Shown: one piece after another, positions 41,978 to 51,675 of the stretch
Numbering within the stretch: position 1 is the first letter of the stretch
How the letters are laid out: each line of letters begins with the position of its first letter
Assembly (NCBI GenBank): GCA_958296135.2
Contig: CATQHZ020000001.1
Span: 4,096,001-4,160,000 of the forward strand
Direction: 5' to 3'
Source: an uncultured Poribacteria bacterium
GTDB lineage: Bacteria > Poribacteria > WGA-4E > WGA-3G
DNA: 64,000 bases
The notes under the pieces: model-generated
Database searches by the model: none
What the model saw: only the letters and a program-made list of their open reading frames with translations
What the model was told of the DNA's origin: nothing
Position numbers and translations under genes: made by a program

Positions 41978-42185
41978 TCTCTAAGGGCTGGTAGACGCGC
42001 TTTTCAAGCGCGCCCATAAAGTAGGTGAAGATTCACCGGAGCTTGTCCTGAATGTCATACAAGGAATGGCTCTGAACTATTCCCAGACCAGAGCAGGGAG
42101 CAGGCGAGCCCGAACTACAGCGTTTAATTTGGTATAAATCGTTCTGTACCGAATAGGCAATAGGGGCAGGCAGGGTTTTTGGCGT

Positions 42186-43436
42186 ATGTTTCCACGACGC
42201 ATCATTTTTGCAGCGATTTCTATCTCAATTGCGGCGAGTTTTCTGCTGTGCGGCTACGAGTTCATCCGTGCTGTTTCCACCTCTCTATTCATTGAGAGTT
42301 ACGGCGCAGAAAACCTGCCGCGCGCCATGGTAGCAGTGCCGCCGAGTCTCTTGCTGTTGCTCTATATCTACGGCCGTCTGCTTTCGCGACTCGGTGCGAC
42401 GCGCACCTTGGCGATAACTTCGCTGCTGTCAAGCGCGTTAATCTTGGGGTGCTATCTCGCGCTGACCCGCGGTGTGCATTTCGCCTCGGCTACCATTTAT
42501 GTCTTCCGCGAAGCATACATCGTGATTATCGTAGAACAGTTCTGGTCCTTCGTCAACAGCACGCTCACGCCGACACAGGCGAAGCGTATTAACGGTCCCT
42601 TCTGTGCCGTTGCCTCGATAGGTTCTGTCGTGGGCGGCGTGCTCGTCGGCAGATGGGCGGAACCGTTAGGAAGTCAAACGCTGCTGCTATTCACGGCAGC
42701 CTCTCTCGTCCCATCAACGATTTTCAGTGGCATCGCCTACACTCTCGCTGGCGAACCGAAACCGACGGTGGCAGAAGCAGGTGGGCAGCACGGGCACCTT
42801 GGGGGCCGAACGCTTTTCCGTTCCAGATACCTCGTCTTTATTGCGTTGCTCATCTTAAGCACGCAGGTAGTCTCTACTGTCCTCGATCTTCGTTTCAACG
42901 GGCTCGCCGAAATCGAGCGACCGGATGTCGATGCAAGAACTGCTTTCTACGGCACTTTTTACGCGATTTTGGGCGGCAGTGCCGCCGTTTTACAACTGAT
43001 AGTCGTTCCGTTTGCGTTGCGGTTTATTTCAGTTCGCGTGATTCATCTCGGCATCCCGATGGTGCATCTACTAAGCGGCCTCGTGCTGACGTTGCGTCCC
43101 TCATTGCGCACGGGTGCATTGGCGTACCTGCTGTTCAAGACGTTTGACTATTCGCTCTTCCGGGCGGCGAAAGAATTGTTCTATATGCCGCTCTCTTATG
43201 ACGAACGGTATCGTGCAAAGCAGCTCATTGATTCGTTCGGCTATCGCCTCGCGAAGGGCGGCAGCGCGGGTATCATTGAACTCGTGCGCCTCGGTGTTAG
43301 GACGATGCCGGGGGCCGCCTTCTCCATCACTGCCATGGTAATGGCCGGTATTTGGACCGGCGTTGTCTCCAATTTGACAACGCAGTATCAGAAATTGGAG
43401 AAATCAGACGAAACCGTTTCAGTTTCCGATGAGTGA
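42186..43436 (+). CDS. NTT/TLC-like (Npt1-related) MFS nucleotide transporter
   Basis: Polytopic membrane protein; EQFWSF..QAKR; YSLFRAAKELFYMP..RYRAK..ID..GYRLAK. Confidence 0.7.
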   Translation: MFPRRIIFAAISISIAASFLLCGYEFIRAVSTSLFIESYGAENLPRAMVAVPPSLLLLLYIYGRLLSRLGATRTLAITSLLSSALILGCYLALTRGVHFASATIYVFREAYIVIIVEQFWSFVNSTLTPTQAKRINGPFCAVASIGSVVGGVLVGRWAEPLGSQTLLLFTAASLVPSTIFSGIAYTLAGEPKPTVAEAGGQHGHLGGRTLFRSRYLVFIALLILSTQVVSTVLDLRFNGLAEIERPDVDARTAFYGTFYAILGGSAAVLQLIVVPFALRFISVRVIHLGIPMVHLLSGLVLTLRPSLRTGALAYLLFKTFDYSLFRAAKELFYMPLSYDERYRAKQLIDSFGYRLAKGGSAGIIELVRLGVRTMPGAAFSITAMVMAGIWTGVVSNLTTQYQKLEKSDETVSVSDE

Positions 43437-43557
43437 ACTGGTTCGGGGGTTACCCATTAAACTTTTATGCGGTATAATAGACAGAGTTTCGGTTTTGACG
43501 CGGCGCACGCGAAGCAGCCTATAATGGTACGCGACACTTGATACAACCGGTTTTCCA

Positions 43558-43899
43558 ATGAACATTTTTTCGCAGCACAAGTTGCGCGATTTTGCACAGA
43601 GACATCCGAACTGCAAATCGGGACTCGCCCGCTGGCGCAACTTGATATCGGCAGGAAGTTTCGGTTCACTCAACGAACTGCGTGAAACGTTTCCGCACGC
43701 TGACCTGGTGAAAAAGCCCGTGGTCCCTCAGCCAGGGCAACGTCGCCCTCGCCTCAAAGACGAAATAAGGTTTACCATTTTCAACATTGGTGGTAACAAA
43801 GCGCGCCTGATTACAACGATACGATATGACTCCCAAGTTGTCACTATTCATGAAGTCCTCACGCACGCCGAGTATGATGCGTGGGCGAAAACGAGGTAA
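43558..43899 (+). CDS. higB: HigB-type mRNA interferase toxin
   Basis: LRDFAQRHP..LRETFPHAD..IFNIGGNK.RLI..LTHAEYD. Confidence 0.85.
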   Translation: MNIFSQHKLRDFAQRHPNCKSGLARWRNLISAGSFGSLNELRETFPHADLVKKPVVPQPGQRRPRLKDEIRFTIFNIGGNKARLITTIRYDSQVVTIHEVLTHAEYDAWAKTR

Positions 43900-43905
43900 G
43901 AAACA

Positions 43906-44880
43906 ATGTTAAGTCCTATCCAAACGACACTAAAGGTATTACCCGTGCCCGTTCTCTCTGCATCCGTTGAAGTGAACCTGCCAGATGCTATTGACCGACA
44001 GCCCCCTTCCTTGAAGCGGCCTGGCCTCCCTGAAGCGCACTGCGTCTCGGAGGCAGCACTATTTCCGGCGAGTGCGGTACCCTGGCTGCTTGAGGTGCAT
44101 GAACTGTTAACCGAACTCGTGACTCGGAACCCTGACGTGCGCCGCGCCACAGTGAATGAGGCCGAATACAAAAAACTCACAACAATCCTGGAGGATTTGA
44201 TGTGGGCTGTCGGTGATGATGAGCAAGACCCTTTATCCTCCTTATTCACATGTGTCGGTAATTTCACGCTCAGGTATGAGGACGAAAACTTTCCAAACTG
44301 GGATGCCCTTTGGCCAGAACTTGAATCGGCGGATGCGGCGGCCGAAGCAATCTCACCGAAGCGCAAAGCCACCGCCTCCCCACCGCCGGGCTGGGCTGAC
44401 GAAGAAGTCGCCCTTGATGCCTTTCTCTCGATGGGCCACTTCTTATGCGAAGCCGGCCAGGTAGAAAAAGCGATAGCTGCCTATGACACCGCCATCCGAC
44501 TGAACCCTCATGCCGCCGAGGCGTATTGCAACCGCGGCAGCGTCCATTATGCCCTAGGCACCTACGCCGCCGCGATGCGGGACTACAATGAGGCTATCCG
44601 CCTCAACCCCGCGCGCGGAGAAAGCTATTTCAACCGCGCAGTGACACACTTTCAGCTGCAGCACTACAAAGCGGCGATTCGCGATTACGCCGCGGCACTC
44701 GCACGTAACCCTGATGATGCAGGTGCCTATATCGGCCGCGCGCATGCCAAGTTCGCGCTGCACCGCTATGCGGCGGCGCTGCTTGATTACGACGCGGCAC
44801 TGCGTCTCACGCCAGATGACGACGCGGTGCGACGCTATCGTCACCTCGCACAAGCGCAAAAGACAAATGGGGAACCGTAA
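43906..44880 (+). CDS. HigA-like N-terminal antitoxin region fused to TPR repeats
   Basis: NEAEYKKL..LEDLM..VGDDEQDPLSSL..VG....YEDENFP, then about 4-5 TPRs; no HTH seen. Confidence 0.7.
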   Translation: MLSPIQTTLKVLPVPVLSASVEVNLPDAIDRQPPSLKRPGLPEAHCVSEAALFPASAVPWLLEVHELLTELVTRNPDVRRATVNEAEYKKLTTILEDLMWAVGDDEQDPLSSLFTCVGNFTLRYEDENFPNWDALWPELESADAAAEAISPKRKATASPPPGWADEEVALDAFLSMGHFLCEAGQVEKAIAAYDTAIRLNPHAAEAYCNRGSVHYALGTYAAAMRDYNEAIRLNPARGESYFNRAVTHFQLQHYKAAIRDYAAALARNPDDAGAYIGRAHAKFALHRYAAALLDYDAALRLTPDDDAVRRYRHLAQAQKTNGEP

Positions 44881-44928
44881 TGTCAGATCGTTCCGCGCCG
44901 TACCAGAATGATTCTGTTCTCCCTTTCT

Positions 44929-44982
44929 GTAGGGCAGGCTCGCCCGAGCCTGCCCATTTGAGCTCAGGCGAGCTCAACCTAC
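44929..44982. repeat. REPIN-like inverted pair
   Basis: GTAGGGCAGGCTCGCCCGAGC ... GCTCAGGCGAGCTCAACCTAC. Confidence 0.65.
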
Positions 44983-45037
44983 AGATACGAGATAACTAAG
45001 TGTCTCTGGTAAATGTCTCTGGCATTGGAGAAAAAAC

Positions 45038-45067
45038 TTGACATTTTAATGGAATTTGCGGTATAAT
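45038..45067 (+). promoter_or_regulatory. sigma70-type promoter
   Basis: TTGACA-18 bp-TATAAT. Confidence 0.7.
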
Positions 45068-45100
45068 AGAATTTATACTGTTTTTAGGAGGACAAATCTC

Positions 45101-45868
45101 ATGATGTCCCAAATTTTTACCGGAACGCAAACAAAATGGATGCTCCTCTTCGTCGGGGCAGTATCCCTCATGATTTGCGGATGCGCAGTGAAACCGCAGC
45201 CGGCTGTCGATGTCTACATGGAGCCGGTGGCGGAACGTTCGCCTGCGCAAATCGATACCGAAACAGGCACGATGACGCTTGAACAAAAGGGAGTCGCCGT
45301 GACCTTGCAGCCGCTCACGGAAGTAGATCTGTTCGCGCTCACCGATGACCCGGGGATAAACCCCTATCTCGTCGTTGAACGGAATGGGGCTGTTGAGCCG
45401 CTCTACACCGTTTTTGAAGTGACGGTTCACAACCTCGATACCCCGCGCGTGCAGGTTGCCGAGGACGCGGCAGTGCTGATTGATAAGAACGGTGCGCAAC
45501 ACGCCGCGCTGCCCTACGATTACTTTGAGCGGCTCTACGATGACGTAGACACCTCTCGCAGCGAGGTAATCGCGCGCCCCTATTATCCTTATCACTACGC
45601 GCCCTACTATCCTTCGTATTATCATCACTCCTACGTTGACGTGGAGGCGTTGGAAGAGGGACGCAGCATGGCGCAGGATAGCATCTTCGCTGGCGGCAAG
45701 TTATTTCGCGGCGCGAAGCGGCGCGGGCTCTTCATCTTCGACCGGCTTGACAACGATGCAACCGAAGTCAGGATGGTTGTCTCAGGCATCCGGATTGTCC
45801 CGGCAGATGGACAACAAGTTGAACTTGAATTTAAGTTTGACTTTAAACAGGTAGTTGCGCTAAAATAA
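45101..45868 (+). CDS. Hypothetical lipoprotein
   Basis: AGGAGG RBS; lipobox-like ICGC; Tyr/His-rich segment. Confidence 0.65.
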   Translation: MMSQIFTGTQTKWMLLFVGAVSLMICGCAVKPQPAVDVYMEPVAERSPAQIDTETGTMTLEQKGVAVTLQPLTEVDLFALTDDPGINPYLVVERNGAVEPLYTVFEVTVHNLDTPRVQVAEDAAVLIDKNGAQHAALPYDYFERLYDDVDTSRSEVIARPYYPYHYAPYYPSYYHHSYVDVEALEEGRSMAQDSIFAGGKLFRGAKRRGLFIFDRLDNDATEVRMVVSGIRIVPADGQQVELEFKFDFKQVVALK

Positions 45869-46075
45869 TCCGAACAGCAGGATAGACGCAGCACGAAACC
45901 ATTCGGCTGCATGCCTCACCGCGTGCGCGCTTCCAACGCGCGCCTATCCAAACTGTTCAGCGCAATACGACAGGAACTCAAAGCGACTTGCGTTTTCTGC
46001 CACAAAACTTTTCAGGATACCCGCTCACAGGTGCCAACCGGAGAAAACGCGCGCGAAAGAAAGGAACATAGAACG

Positions 46076-47260
46076 ATGAAAAAATGGTTTTTAGTGCTTC
46101 TGCTGATGGGCCTCGTCCTTCATCTTGGAGGGATGCTGCCAAGCGAAGCCGCAAAAGAATTGAAAGTCGCTGTTGCAGGGCCGTTTACTGGCAGTGCGGC
46201 GGCATTCGGAGAAATGATAGAACGCGGCGCGAAGTTGAAGGCCGACGAAATCAATGCCGCGGGCGGCATTCACGGCATGACGCTGACACTCGTCTTTGAA
46301 GATGATGCTGGCAAAGATGGCGAGGCGAGCCTTGTCGCGGAACGTATCGCCACAAACCGCGAAATCCTTGCAGTCGTTGGGCATTTTAACAGCGCGTGCT
46401 CCCTCGCAGGCAAACCTATCTACAAACGGGCAGGCATTGTTGAATTGTCACCCGGCTCAACAAACGTCAATGTCTGTAAAGGCAGCGATTGGACGTTCCG
46501 GAATTTATATCGCGACGATTTTCAGGGGCAATTCATCGCAAAATATATTAAGAATGTTTTGCCCGAATTACAAAATGTTGCCGTGTTCTTTGACAACGAC
46601 GACTACGGCAGAGGGCTCGCTGATGCCTTCACGGCCGAGGCGAAAGCCGTCGGGCTGAATCTTGTCGCCTCGGAAGCATACGACAGGGATAATACCGATT
46701 TTAAAGCCCAACTCACCAGCATCAAAGCCAAGAACCCAGATGGCATTTTCATCTCTGGGCTCTACGGCCAGGCAGCACTGATTGCAAAACAGGCACGTGA
46801 AGCCGGTATCACGGCACGGTTCTTCGGCGCAGATGGCGTGGATTCACCCGATTTCCTCAAAATCGCGGGCCCCGCCGCCGAAGGCACATACCTCACGACA
46901 CCCTTTCTCTTCGGGCTGGGGAACGAGGAAGCACAAGTGGTTGCCGACAATTTTGAAGCCGCCTACGGGGTAGCACCCGACACCTGGGCCGCGCTCAGCT
47001 ACGACGCTGTCGGAATGATTGCCGCAGCAATTGAAGCCACTTACTCAAAGAAAGCCGCTCTCAAGCAGAATCGGAAAGCCATCCGCGACTATTTGGCCTC
47101 CCTGGACACGCAGGAAGAAGGATACAAGGGCATCACGGGGCTCACCTATTTTGATAAAAACGGGGATACCCTGAACAAACCGGCTTACGTCAAAATCGTC
47201 AAGGATGGCGAATTTACGGCGGCTCCTCAGCAACTGCTGAATTTGGACGCGCTGGAATAA
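46076..47260 (+). CDS. Branched-chain amino acid ABC substrate-binding protein (LivK-like)
   Basis: GPFTGSAAAFG..INAAGGI, VVGHFNS, DDYGRGLA. Confidence 0.9.
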   Translation: MKKWFLVLLLMGLVLHLGGMLPSEAAKELKVAVAGPFTGSAAAFGEMIERGAKLKADEINAAGGIHGMTLTLVFEDDAGKDGEASLVAERIATNREILAVVGHFNSACSLAGKPIYKRAGIVELSPGSTNVNVCKGSDWTFRNLYRDDFQGQFIAKYIKNVLPELQNVAVFFDNDDYGRGLADAFTAEAKAVGLNLVASEAYDRDNTDFKAQLTSIKAKNPDGIFISGLYGQAALIAKQAREAGITARFFGADGVDSPDFLKIAGPAAEGTYLTTPFLFGLGNEEAQVVADNFEAAYGVAPDTWAALSYDAVGMIAAAIEATYSKKAALKQNRKAIRDYLASLDTQEEGYKGITGLTYFDKNGDTLNKPAYVKIVKDGEFTAAPQQLLNLDALE

Positions 47261-47462
47261 TACCAACAAGATGGACGCAAACGCCTAAAACACGCGCGCT
47301 TCCAAAGCGCGGCTTGCGTCTGTCCTAACCAAAACGTTCCGAGGTAAGCGGGCTCTCCCGGGCATCCCGGCCTCCAGCCTGCTAATGCCTCATAGCGAGT
47401 GAATATTTATAGCACGGTAGGGCGATGGACACACATCCTTCGCCTTACCAGCCTTGCAAATT

Positions 47463-48359
47463 ATGGCACAATTTTTAGAGCAACTTATTAACGGCCTAGT
47501 TCTCGGCGGCATCTACGCGCTCATCGCGGTAGGTTATACGATGGTTTACGGCATCATCCAACTGATTAATTTCGCGCACGGCGAGATTTTCATGTTTGGG
47601 GCATACTTCTCGTTTGTCCTTGTTGCGGTGTTGCAGGTGCCGTTTTGGGTAGCGTTACCTATCTGCATGCTGCTCTGCGCGGGGATGGGTGTAGCGATGG
47701 ATATCATCGCGTATCGGCCGCTCCGCAAAGCACCGCGGTTATCGGCGTTAATTACTGCCATCGGGATGTCCCTCGCGCTGCAAAATCTGGCCCGGATTAT
47801 CTGGGGAGCACGGCAGCGCACATTCCCCGAAGAATCCATCCCGGTTATCTTCTTAAGTGAAAATGCAATTCCGCTTCCCGGAGGGGCGGATTTACCGTAC
47901 CGCGACCTTTTTATCATCTTATTCGCCGCCGTGTTAATGATTCTGCTAAATCGGCTGATTTACTTAACCAAAATAGGCAAAGCGATGCGTGCCTGCGCAC
48001 AAAATCCTGTCGCCGCCAATCTGATGGGCATCCAGACGAACCGGGTCATCGCCGTGGCGTTCGCCATCGGCTCGGCGTTGGGGGCCGTCGCCGGTGTGAT
48101 GGTGGGGTTACGCGAAGTTATTGAACCCACGATGGGTTACTATAAAGGTGTCGCCGCGTTCGCAGCCGCCGTGCTTGGCGGTATCGGCAATGTCACCGGG
48201 GCGATGATAGGCGGCCTCTTAATCGGGCTCGCCGAAGTGCTTGGAGCCGGCTACATTTCCTCTGGCTACCGACTGGCGATTGCCTATATTATTATGATTG
48301 CTGTCATCCTCATCCGGCCATCAGGACTATTTGGAAAAACAACAGGCACCCGTGCCTAA
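47463..48359 (+). CDS. livH: Branched-chain amino acid ABC permease
   Basis: YALIAVGYTMVYGIIQLINFAHGE; AAVLGGIG. Confidence 0.9.
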   Translation: MAQFLEQLINGLVLGGIYALIAVGYTMVYGIIQLINFAHGEIFMFGAYFSFVLVAVLQVPFWVALPICMLLCAGMGVAMDIIAYRPLRKAPRLSALITAIGMSLALQNLARIIWGARQRTFPEESIPVIFLSENAIPLPGGADLPYRDLFIILFAAVLMILLNRLIYLTKIGKAMRACAQNPVAANLMGIQTNRVIAVAFAIGSALGAVAGVMVGLREVIEPTMGYYKGVAAFAAAVLGGIGNVTGAMIGGLLIGLAEVLGAGYISSGYRLAIAYIIMIAVILIRPSGLFGKTTGTRA

Positions 48360-48382
48360 CCGGCAGCGGGCATGCTCCGAAA

Positions 48383-49381
48383 ATGATGCGAGATACATTA
48401 ACACCGAAAAACATCATCCTCTGCGGCCTCATCTGTTTTCTGCCGGGACTTACCTATCTCCTTGATTACACCATCCAGTGGTTGTCCTTTCAGGATATCT
48501 CTGTCCCAACCAGTATCCCAAGTGGCGATTATCTGCTGCGGATTATTGTTCAGGCAGGCATCTATATGCTCCTTGCTGTCGGACTGAATATTGTCTGCGG
48601 ATTCACTGGCTTGTTGGATTTGGGCTACGTCGGGTTTTATCTCGTCGGCGGCTATACAGCCGGCCTGCTGATGACGCGGCTCGGTGTGAACTATTGGCTA
48701 GTGCTCCCGATTGCCGTGCTGAACGGCGCGTTATGGGGACTCCTGCGAGGAGCACCGACACTCCGACTCACCGGCGATTACTTCGCCATTGTGACGTTCG
48801 GATTCGCAGAACTGCTTTTCCGCATTATCAAAAATTGGACCTGGCTCATCGGCGGGCCCAACGGGTTTGTCCACGACATTCCGTCACCCACGCTCTTCGG
48901 GATAACTCTCGACCAGAATTGGCACAACTATTACCACATCCTTATCTTGCTGGCGTTGGTGGTGCTTTTCACCTATCGGTTACAGCATTCCCGCGTTGGC
49001 AGAGCCTGGATTGCTATCCGCGAGGACGAACAAGCCGCTGAGAGCATGGGCATTAATCTGAGTCGCTATAAGTCACTGGCGTTTGCAGTAAGCGCGGCCG
49101 TCGGCGCACTCGGCGGCGCATTTTTCGCCCAATTTCGCATCAATCTCAGTGCAACTGCCTTTGAATTCTGGGAATCTATTTTCATACTCTGTATGGTAGT
49201 GCTTGGCGGAATGGGGGGGATTAAAAGCTCCATCATCGGCGCAGCGATTTTGGCATCCCTCGGCGAAATCTTACGCATCAGTCTGCCTTACCAACTGAGC
49301 GGCATGCGTTACCTGGTCTTCGGCATTATTCTCATTGTCCTGATGCGCTTCCGGCCCGGAGGACTCATCAAAGGAGCGTAA
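48383..49381 (+). CDS. livM: Branched-chain amino acid ABC permease
   Basis: GLNIVCGFTGLLDLGYVGF; LRLTGDYFAIVT; AIREDE. Confidence 0.9.
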   Translation: MMRDTLTPKNIILCGLICFLPGLTYLLDYTIQWLSFQDISVPTSIPSGDYLLRIIVQAGIYMLLAVGLNIVCGFTGLLDLGYVGFYLVGGYTAGLLMTRLGVNYWLVLPIAVLNGALWGLLRGAPTLRLTGDYFAIVTFGFAELLFRIIKNWTWLIGGPNGFVHDIPSPTLFGITLDQNWHNYYHILILLALVVLFTYRLQHSRVGRAWIAIREDEQAAESMGINLSRYKSLAFAVSAAVGALGGAFFAQFRINLSATAFEFWESIFILCMVVLGGMGGIKSSIIGAAILASLGEILRISLPYQLSGMRYLVFGIILIVLMRFRPGGLIKGA

Positions 49382-49388
49382 GGCAGCT

Positions 49389-50865
49389 ATGCAGAACACC
49401 CTCTACTTCGGCGATAACCTCCAGGTGATGCGAGAGATGCAAACCCACAGTTACCATCTCTGCTACTTCGATCCGCCGTTCAACAGCGGCCGCAACTACA
49501 ACATCTTCCTCGCCGGCTCCACCGCGCAACGCAAAGCGTTTGACGACATCTGGCGATGGGACGACGCGGCGCGCGAGAATCAGGCCGCTGTTCTCCACTA
49601 CGATGGCAGACACCCGGAACTCGTTGAGACGATGGATAATTTAGCGTTCTGTTTACAATATATTAACTATTGGTTAAGAAGGGGGGGGGAAATCAGAAGA
49701 ATCGATGCGTGCCTATCTCGCCTTCATGGCCCCGCGCTTGGCAGAGATTTGGCGGTTGTTGACTCCGACAGGTAGCGTCTATTTGCACTGCGACCCGCAT
49801 GCGAGCCACTACCTGAAATGCATGATGGACGCAGTTTTTGGCGCGTCGAATTTCCGGAACGAGATTATCTGGTGTTACGCAGGCGGCGGCATCCCGCGCA
49901 AGGATTTCCCGCGCAAACACGACGTGCTTTTACGATACGCCCGCGGGAAAGATGTCATCTTTAACACCGAATATCGGCCCTATGGCGCACACAACGTGAC
50001 AGGCAAAAGGTTCACCGACCGCGGCGGCACCCGTGCGTTGCACTATCGCGAAAAAGGCACGCCCATTAACGATTGGTGGACTGACATCAAGCCGCTGATA
50101 AATCTCTCCAAAGAACGCCTCGGCTACCCCACCCAGAAACCGCTCGCGCTCCTTGAACGCATCATCAAAGTCTCCTCTAACCCCGGTGACATCGTCTTCG
50201 ATCCCTTCTGTGGCTGCGGCACGACAGTAGATGCCGCGCACGGCCTCGGTAGGCATTGGGTAGGCATCGACCTCACCGTTCTCGCTTTGGGGCCTATGGA
50301 GCGGCGGCTCAGCGAACGCCATGGACTTCGTCCGAACGTCGATTATCGCATTGAGGGGTATCCCACAACCTGCCAAGATGCCATCCTCCTCGCCGAGCAG
50401 AACCCGAACGACTTCGCGAATTGGGCAGTCACCCGATTGGGACTCGCGCCAACACCGAACAGCAACGATGGCGGATTTGATGGCACGGGGCGGATTACCC
50501 TATGGGAAAATAGGCACCTCGCCGAGGCGACGCAGACGAAACTGCCTGTCATCGCCGAGGTGAAATCGGGAAGGCGTTTGAACCCGAATCAGGTGCGCGC
50601 CTTCCGCACAGCAATGCGGGATAACGGGGCCGCCATCGGGATTTTCATTACGTTGCACGAAGTCACGCGGGGGATGCGCAACCTCGCCGAAGAGGAGGGA
50701 TTCATTGAGCACAACGGGAAGCATTATCCGCGCTTGCAGTTCTGGCAGATAACGGATACTTATTTTGAGGAGGGACTCATACCGGTGAATTTGCCATGGC
50801 AAATCGATGAACGGCCAAAAGCGGAACGGCATTACGGCGGAGAGCAGACCTATCTAACGACATAA
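49389..50865 (+). pseudogene. Beta-class N4/N6 DNA methyltransferase fused to a Mrr-like PD-(D/E)xK nuclease, frameshifted at a G9 tract
   Basis: ORF1 has GDNL and DPPFNS; ORF2 has GSVYLHCD, YPTQKP, DPFCGCGTT and DGGFDG..EVKS; removing one G at 49681-49689 fuses them (491 aa). Confidence 0.85.
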
Positions 50866-50868
50866 TAC

Positions 50869-51673
50869 GTAGCGTGCGGGCCTGTCTCTCGCGAACCCCG
50901 ATGCCCTTCCCCGTCGCGCGAGGGCCTGTCCCTCGCGAACCACCGCCCTTTCCCCGTAGCGCGCGGGCCTGTCCCTCGCGAACCACCGCCCTTTCCCCGT
51001 AGCGCGAGGGCCTGTCCCTCGCGAACCACCGCCCTTTCCCCGTAGCGCGAGGGCCTGTCCCTCGCGATGCTCCGGCCGCAACGAGAACCGGCCGCCGGCC
51101 GGCGGTTTCAAACATTTTCTTTCTAATGCTCTTCCCCCGTAGCGCGAGGGCCTGTCCCTCGCGATGCTCCGGCCGCAACGAGAACCGTCCGCCGGCCGGA
51201 GATTGCAGCCTGTTGAGGGACAGGCCCTCAACCTACGGGGAGGGTAGTTTCCATGATACCGTAGCGCGAGGGCCTGTCCCTCGCGATGCTCCGGTCGCAA
51301 GAGAACCGTCCGCCGGCCGGCGGTTTCAAACATTTTCTTTCTAATGCTCTTCCCCCGTAGCGCGAGGGCCTGTCCCTCGCGATGCTCCGGCCGCAACGAG
51401 AACCGTCCGCCGGCCGGAGATTGCAGCCTGTTGAGGGACAGGCCCTCAACCTACGGGGAGGGTAGTTTCCATGATACCGTAGCGCGAGGGCCTGTCCCTC
51501 GCGATGCTCCGGTCGCAAGAGAACCGTCCGCCGGCCGGCGGTTTCAAACATTTTCTTTCTAATGCTCTTCCCCCGTAGCGCGAGGGCCTGTCCCTCGCGA
51601 TGCTTCGGCCGCAAGAGAACCGTCCGCCGGCCGGAGCATCGCCGCGTGTTGAGGGACAGCCCCCTCAACCTAC
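50869..51673. repeat. Hierarchical REP/BIME-like array
   Basis: 10 direct copies of GTAGCGCGAGGGCCTGTCCCTCGCGA and 3 inverted variants; 43-bp and 218-bp periodicities. Confidence 0.92.
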
Positions 51674-51675
51674 GG

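Noticed and set aside
50869-51673. CRISPR array
   Set aside because: Spacers are themselves repeated and unequal in length, some repeats are inverted, the same repeat is dispersed across the window, and no cas genes are present.
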